Positions 48,074 to 50,302 of a DNA stretch of 50,302 nucleotides are shown piece after piece. The notes beneath the pieces are model-generated. The model was not told the DNA's origin. It searched no databases and saw only the letters and a program-made list of their open reading frames with translations. Made by a program: the position numbers and the translations under genes. Origin of the DNA: an uncultured Candidatus Saccharibacteria bacterium (lineage in GTDB: Bacteria > Patescibacteriota > Saccharimonadia > Saccharimonadales > Saccharimonadaceae); NCBI GenBank assembly GCA_947304335.1, contig CAMZAW010000001.1, forward strand, positions 1-50,302. Direction: 5' to 3'. Position 1 is the first letter of the stretch. Each line of letters begins with the position of its first letter.

Positions 48074-49840
48074 TTATAAAGTTTTGCGGCGTTTTTCGCG
48101 GGTAAAGAATTTGAGACGGTCGTTTAATTCTACAGTAATTTTGTGCTCAGTCTTAAGTGCCAAGCCACCAGTTTCACCAGCAGCGAGCTCTTTGACGTCC
48201 ATTTTTTCCTTCTGGACGGATGACACTTCAACTTCACCGATATAAGTTTTATCGCGAATCACACGAGCAAGCATACCTGGGCGCACCACGCCGGTTAGCA
48301 TTTCACCACCAGCGATAATTGAGGTTTTTTCGGTTCTAAACACGCCCTTAATCTTCATTTCGCCTTGGTCTTCCTCAACGATTTCGGCATCAAGCAAGTT
48401 TTCCATCTCGTGTTTAGCATCATTCAAGAGCTCGTAAATCACCTTGTAAGTCTTAATCGGTACGCCATCACGTGCAGCCATCTTGGAAATATTGATAGGA
48501 ACAGAAACGTTGAAGCCATAAACCACGGTGTTGCCACCAGCAGCCATATAGACATCGTTCTCATTGATATCACCAACGCCGGTTGAAACAATGTTAAGTG
48601 TGACTTCGCCTTTAGTATCAATCATTTTAAGAGAATCAACCACGGAAGTCACCGAGCCAAGCACGTCGCCTTTGATAATCACATTAAAGACCTTAGAATT
48701 GTCGGCCACGTTCATCATGCGAAGAAGGTCAGAAGAGGTCACGTTGGCCGAAGCGGTTTCATCAGCCAAAGCCTGGGCGTTAAGAAGCGCCATTTTGCGA
48801 GCAGTTTTCTCGTCGGCTACCTCTACAAAACGATCACCAAAGTTTGGTAAATCCTTAAATCCAGTCACAGTAACCGGGACAGAAGGCGTTGCCTTGCCCT
48901 TTGGTTTACCACGGAAATCTAGCATCGTACGAATCTTAGCAAAGGTTGAACCAGCTACGATAAACTCGCCAACTTTGAGTTCGCCACCGGTCACGAGCAA
49001 GTTCACCACGGAACCACGACCAGTTTCCATGTGAGATTCAATCACAAGACCTTCAGCTGGGATATCGATATCAGCCTTAAGTTCTTCAATATCAGCAGTA
49101 AGCAAAATCATATCAAGCAACTGATCGAGATTGGTACCGAGCTTAGCAGAAATTGGCACCATTGTAATGTCGCCACCCCATTCTTCAGGTTGCAAACCGT
49201 GTTGGGAAAGGTCGGCCATGGTGCGTGGCACATCAGCACCTTCGCGATCAATCTTGTTGATTGCTACGATAATCTTAGCGTTGGCGCTCTGAGCGAACTT
49301 AATAGCTTCAACGGTCTGTGGTTTCACACCATCATCAGCTGCCACCACAATCACTACGATATCGGTAAGCATGGCACCATGTTGGCGAATAGCAGCAAAG
49401 GCCTCGTGGCCAGGAGTATCAAGGAAAGTAATCCAGCGATCTTCATGCTTCAATTGGTAAGCCGAAATGTGCTGAGTAATACCACCAGCCTCACCTTCGG
49501 CAGTCTTTTTGCCAAGCAAAGTATCAAGAAGTGTAGTTTTGCCATGGTCGACGTGGCCCATCACAGCCACAACTGGTGGACGGCCCACAGCCTTATCAGA
49601 AAGTTCGTGACTGTAGTTGGAAGTCTTGGTTGCAGTATTCTTTTTCTCAAGTTTTACGTTGGTAAGGCCAAGTTCGTCAATAATAATAGAAGCGGTCTCA
49701 AAATCAAGGCGTTGGTTAATAGTAGCCACAATACCATTTTTGAAAAGCTCACCAATCAAAGTCGTCACAGAAAGACCAAGGGCTTTCGCAAGCTCATCAA
49801 CCGTAATTGAACCAGCAATCTGAATTGTCTTCTCTTCCAT
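48074..49840 (-). CDS. infB: Translation initiation factor IF-2 (short form)
   Basis: [27 protein letters not shown] and PEEWGG motifs; SD AAGGAG. Confidence 0.97.
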   Translation of the reverse strand: MEEKTIQIAGSITVDELAKALGLSVTTLIGELFKNGIVATINQRLDFETASIIIDELGLTNVKLEKKNTATKTSNYSHELSDKAVGRPPVVAVMGHVDHGKTTLLDTLLGKKTAEGEAGGITQHISAYQLKHEDRWITFLDTPGHEAFAAIRQHGAMLTDIVVIVVAADDGVKPQTVEAIKFAQSANAKIIVAINKIDREGADVPRTMADLSQHGLQPEEWGGDITMVPISAKLGTNLDQLLDMILLTADIEELKADIDIPAEGLVIESHMETGRGSVVNLLVTGGELKVGEFIVAGSTFAKIRTMLDFRGKPKGKATPSVPVTVTGFKDLPNFGDRFVEVADEKTARKMALLNAQALADETASANVTSSDLLRMMNVADNSKVFNVIIKGDVLGSVTSVVDSLKMIDTKGEVTLNIVSTGVGDINENDVYMAAGGNTVVYGFNVSVPINISKMAARDGVPIKTYKVIYELLNDAKHEMENLLDAEIVEEDQGEMKIKGVFRTEKTSIIAGGEMLTGVVRPGMLARVIRDKTYIGEVEVSSVQKEKMDVKELAAGETGGLALKTEHKITVELNDRLKFFTREKRRKTL

Positions 49841-49938
49841 GGCGCTCCTTCTTTTGGTTTTAACGCGTTCAAAAAACGCAAAAATATCTCTCTTAATTTT
49901 ACCACAAATACTAAAAATGTGCTATAATAAACCCACAA

Positions 49939-50013
49939 TCCCCTGTAGCTCAATGGTGGAGCAAGAAGCTGTTAACTTCGAGGTTGCCAGTTCGAGTCTG
50001 GCCGGGGGAGCCA
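49939..50013 (+). tRNA. tRNA-Asn (GTT)
   Basis: Acceptor TCCCCTG/CGGGGGA, anticodon loop CT-GTT-AA, T arm GCCAG-TTCGAGT-CTGGC, GCCA end. Confidence 0.95.
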
Positions 50014-50146
50014 AGAATAAAAAAAGAATGCCTGAAAGGCATTATTTTTTTATTCTTCCCTTCCTCGAGGCCAAGTCGCGAACTGGCTTTAGCCAGTTCG
50101 TCTCGCTTGCGAGAGAGGGCGCCCCGCGCCCGACGACTGGCCGGGG
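50013..50146 (+). repeat. tRNA-Asn downstream element: terminator-like hairpin plus split T-arm copy
   Basis: Hairpin 50013-50057, then CGAACTGGC-TTTA-GCCAGTTCG, a 36-nt insert, and CTGGCCGGGG. Confidence 0.8.
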
Positions 50147-50248
50147 ATTAACACAATCACCCCTTATCCACCAATTGCCTTTCTCTGTAATTATGCTATA
50201 ATATTATAAATTTGGTGGGGATTCGCAAATTACAAAGGAGGTGATCTC

Positions 50249-50302
50249 ATGACAGATCCCATGAAGTACGGAAAAGCCCGCGGCATTATGCTGTTAAATA
50301 AG
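50249..50302 (+). CDS. Start of unknown CDS (3'-truncated by window)
   Basis: TGCTATAAT promoter, strong SD AAAGGAGGTG, frame open to the window end. Confidence 0.55.
   Translation, partial: MTDPMKYGKARGIMLLNK

Noticed and set aside
1..50302. Alternative genetic code (UGA=Gly as in Gracilibacteria/SR1)
   Set aside because: Conserved genes translate full length under code 11, and TGA terminates priA.

Overview
Core-chromosome segment, most likely from a Candidatus Saccharibacteria (TM7, Patescibacteria) genome. The taxon is inferred from gene content: short IF2, a sigma4/HARE-HTH protein, a VirD4/TrwB-like ATPase, a reduced dcw cluster and large Fib_succ_major-like and DUF285 surface proteins. 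Standard code 11 applies. The window carries dnaE (partial), smpB, xth, metK (behind a SAM-I-like riboswitch), a sortase, gltX, der, pth, dprA, topA, rsmH-ftsL-ftsI-mraY-ftsW-murG-ftsQ-like, recJ, priA-def-fmt, infB and three tRNAs (Leu-CAA, Glu-CTC, Asn-GTT). No transposase, integrase, reverse transcriptase, prophage or CRISPR array was seen. The most unusual signals are non-coding. (1) Each tRNA is followed by a same-architecture element: a hairpin, a segment antisense to its own T-arm, and a copy of its own T-arm/acceptor split in the T-loop by a 27-36 nt hairpin insert. (2) Three structured intergenic RNA candidates (21.2-21.5, 34.9-35.1 and 36.0-36.3 kb) each contain an anti-Shine-Dalgarno ACCUCC, and one is coupled to an unannotated 21-aa ORF. 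(3) An 850-bp intergenic region at ~28 kb holds helically phased ACCCCTGTT repeats and a dif-like 11-6-11 palindrome. (4) Leaderless gene starts are pervasive. All calls come from reading the sequence; no database search was run.
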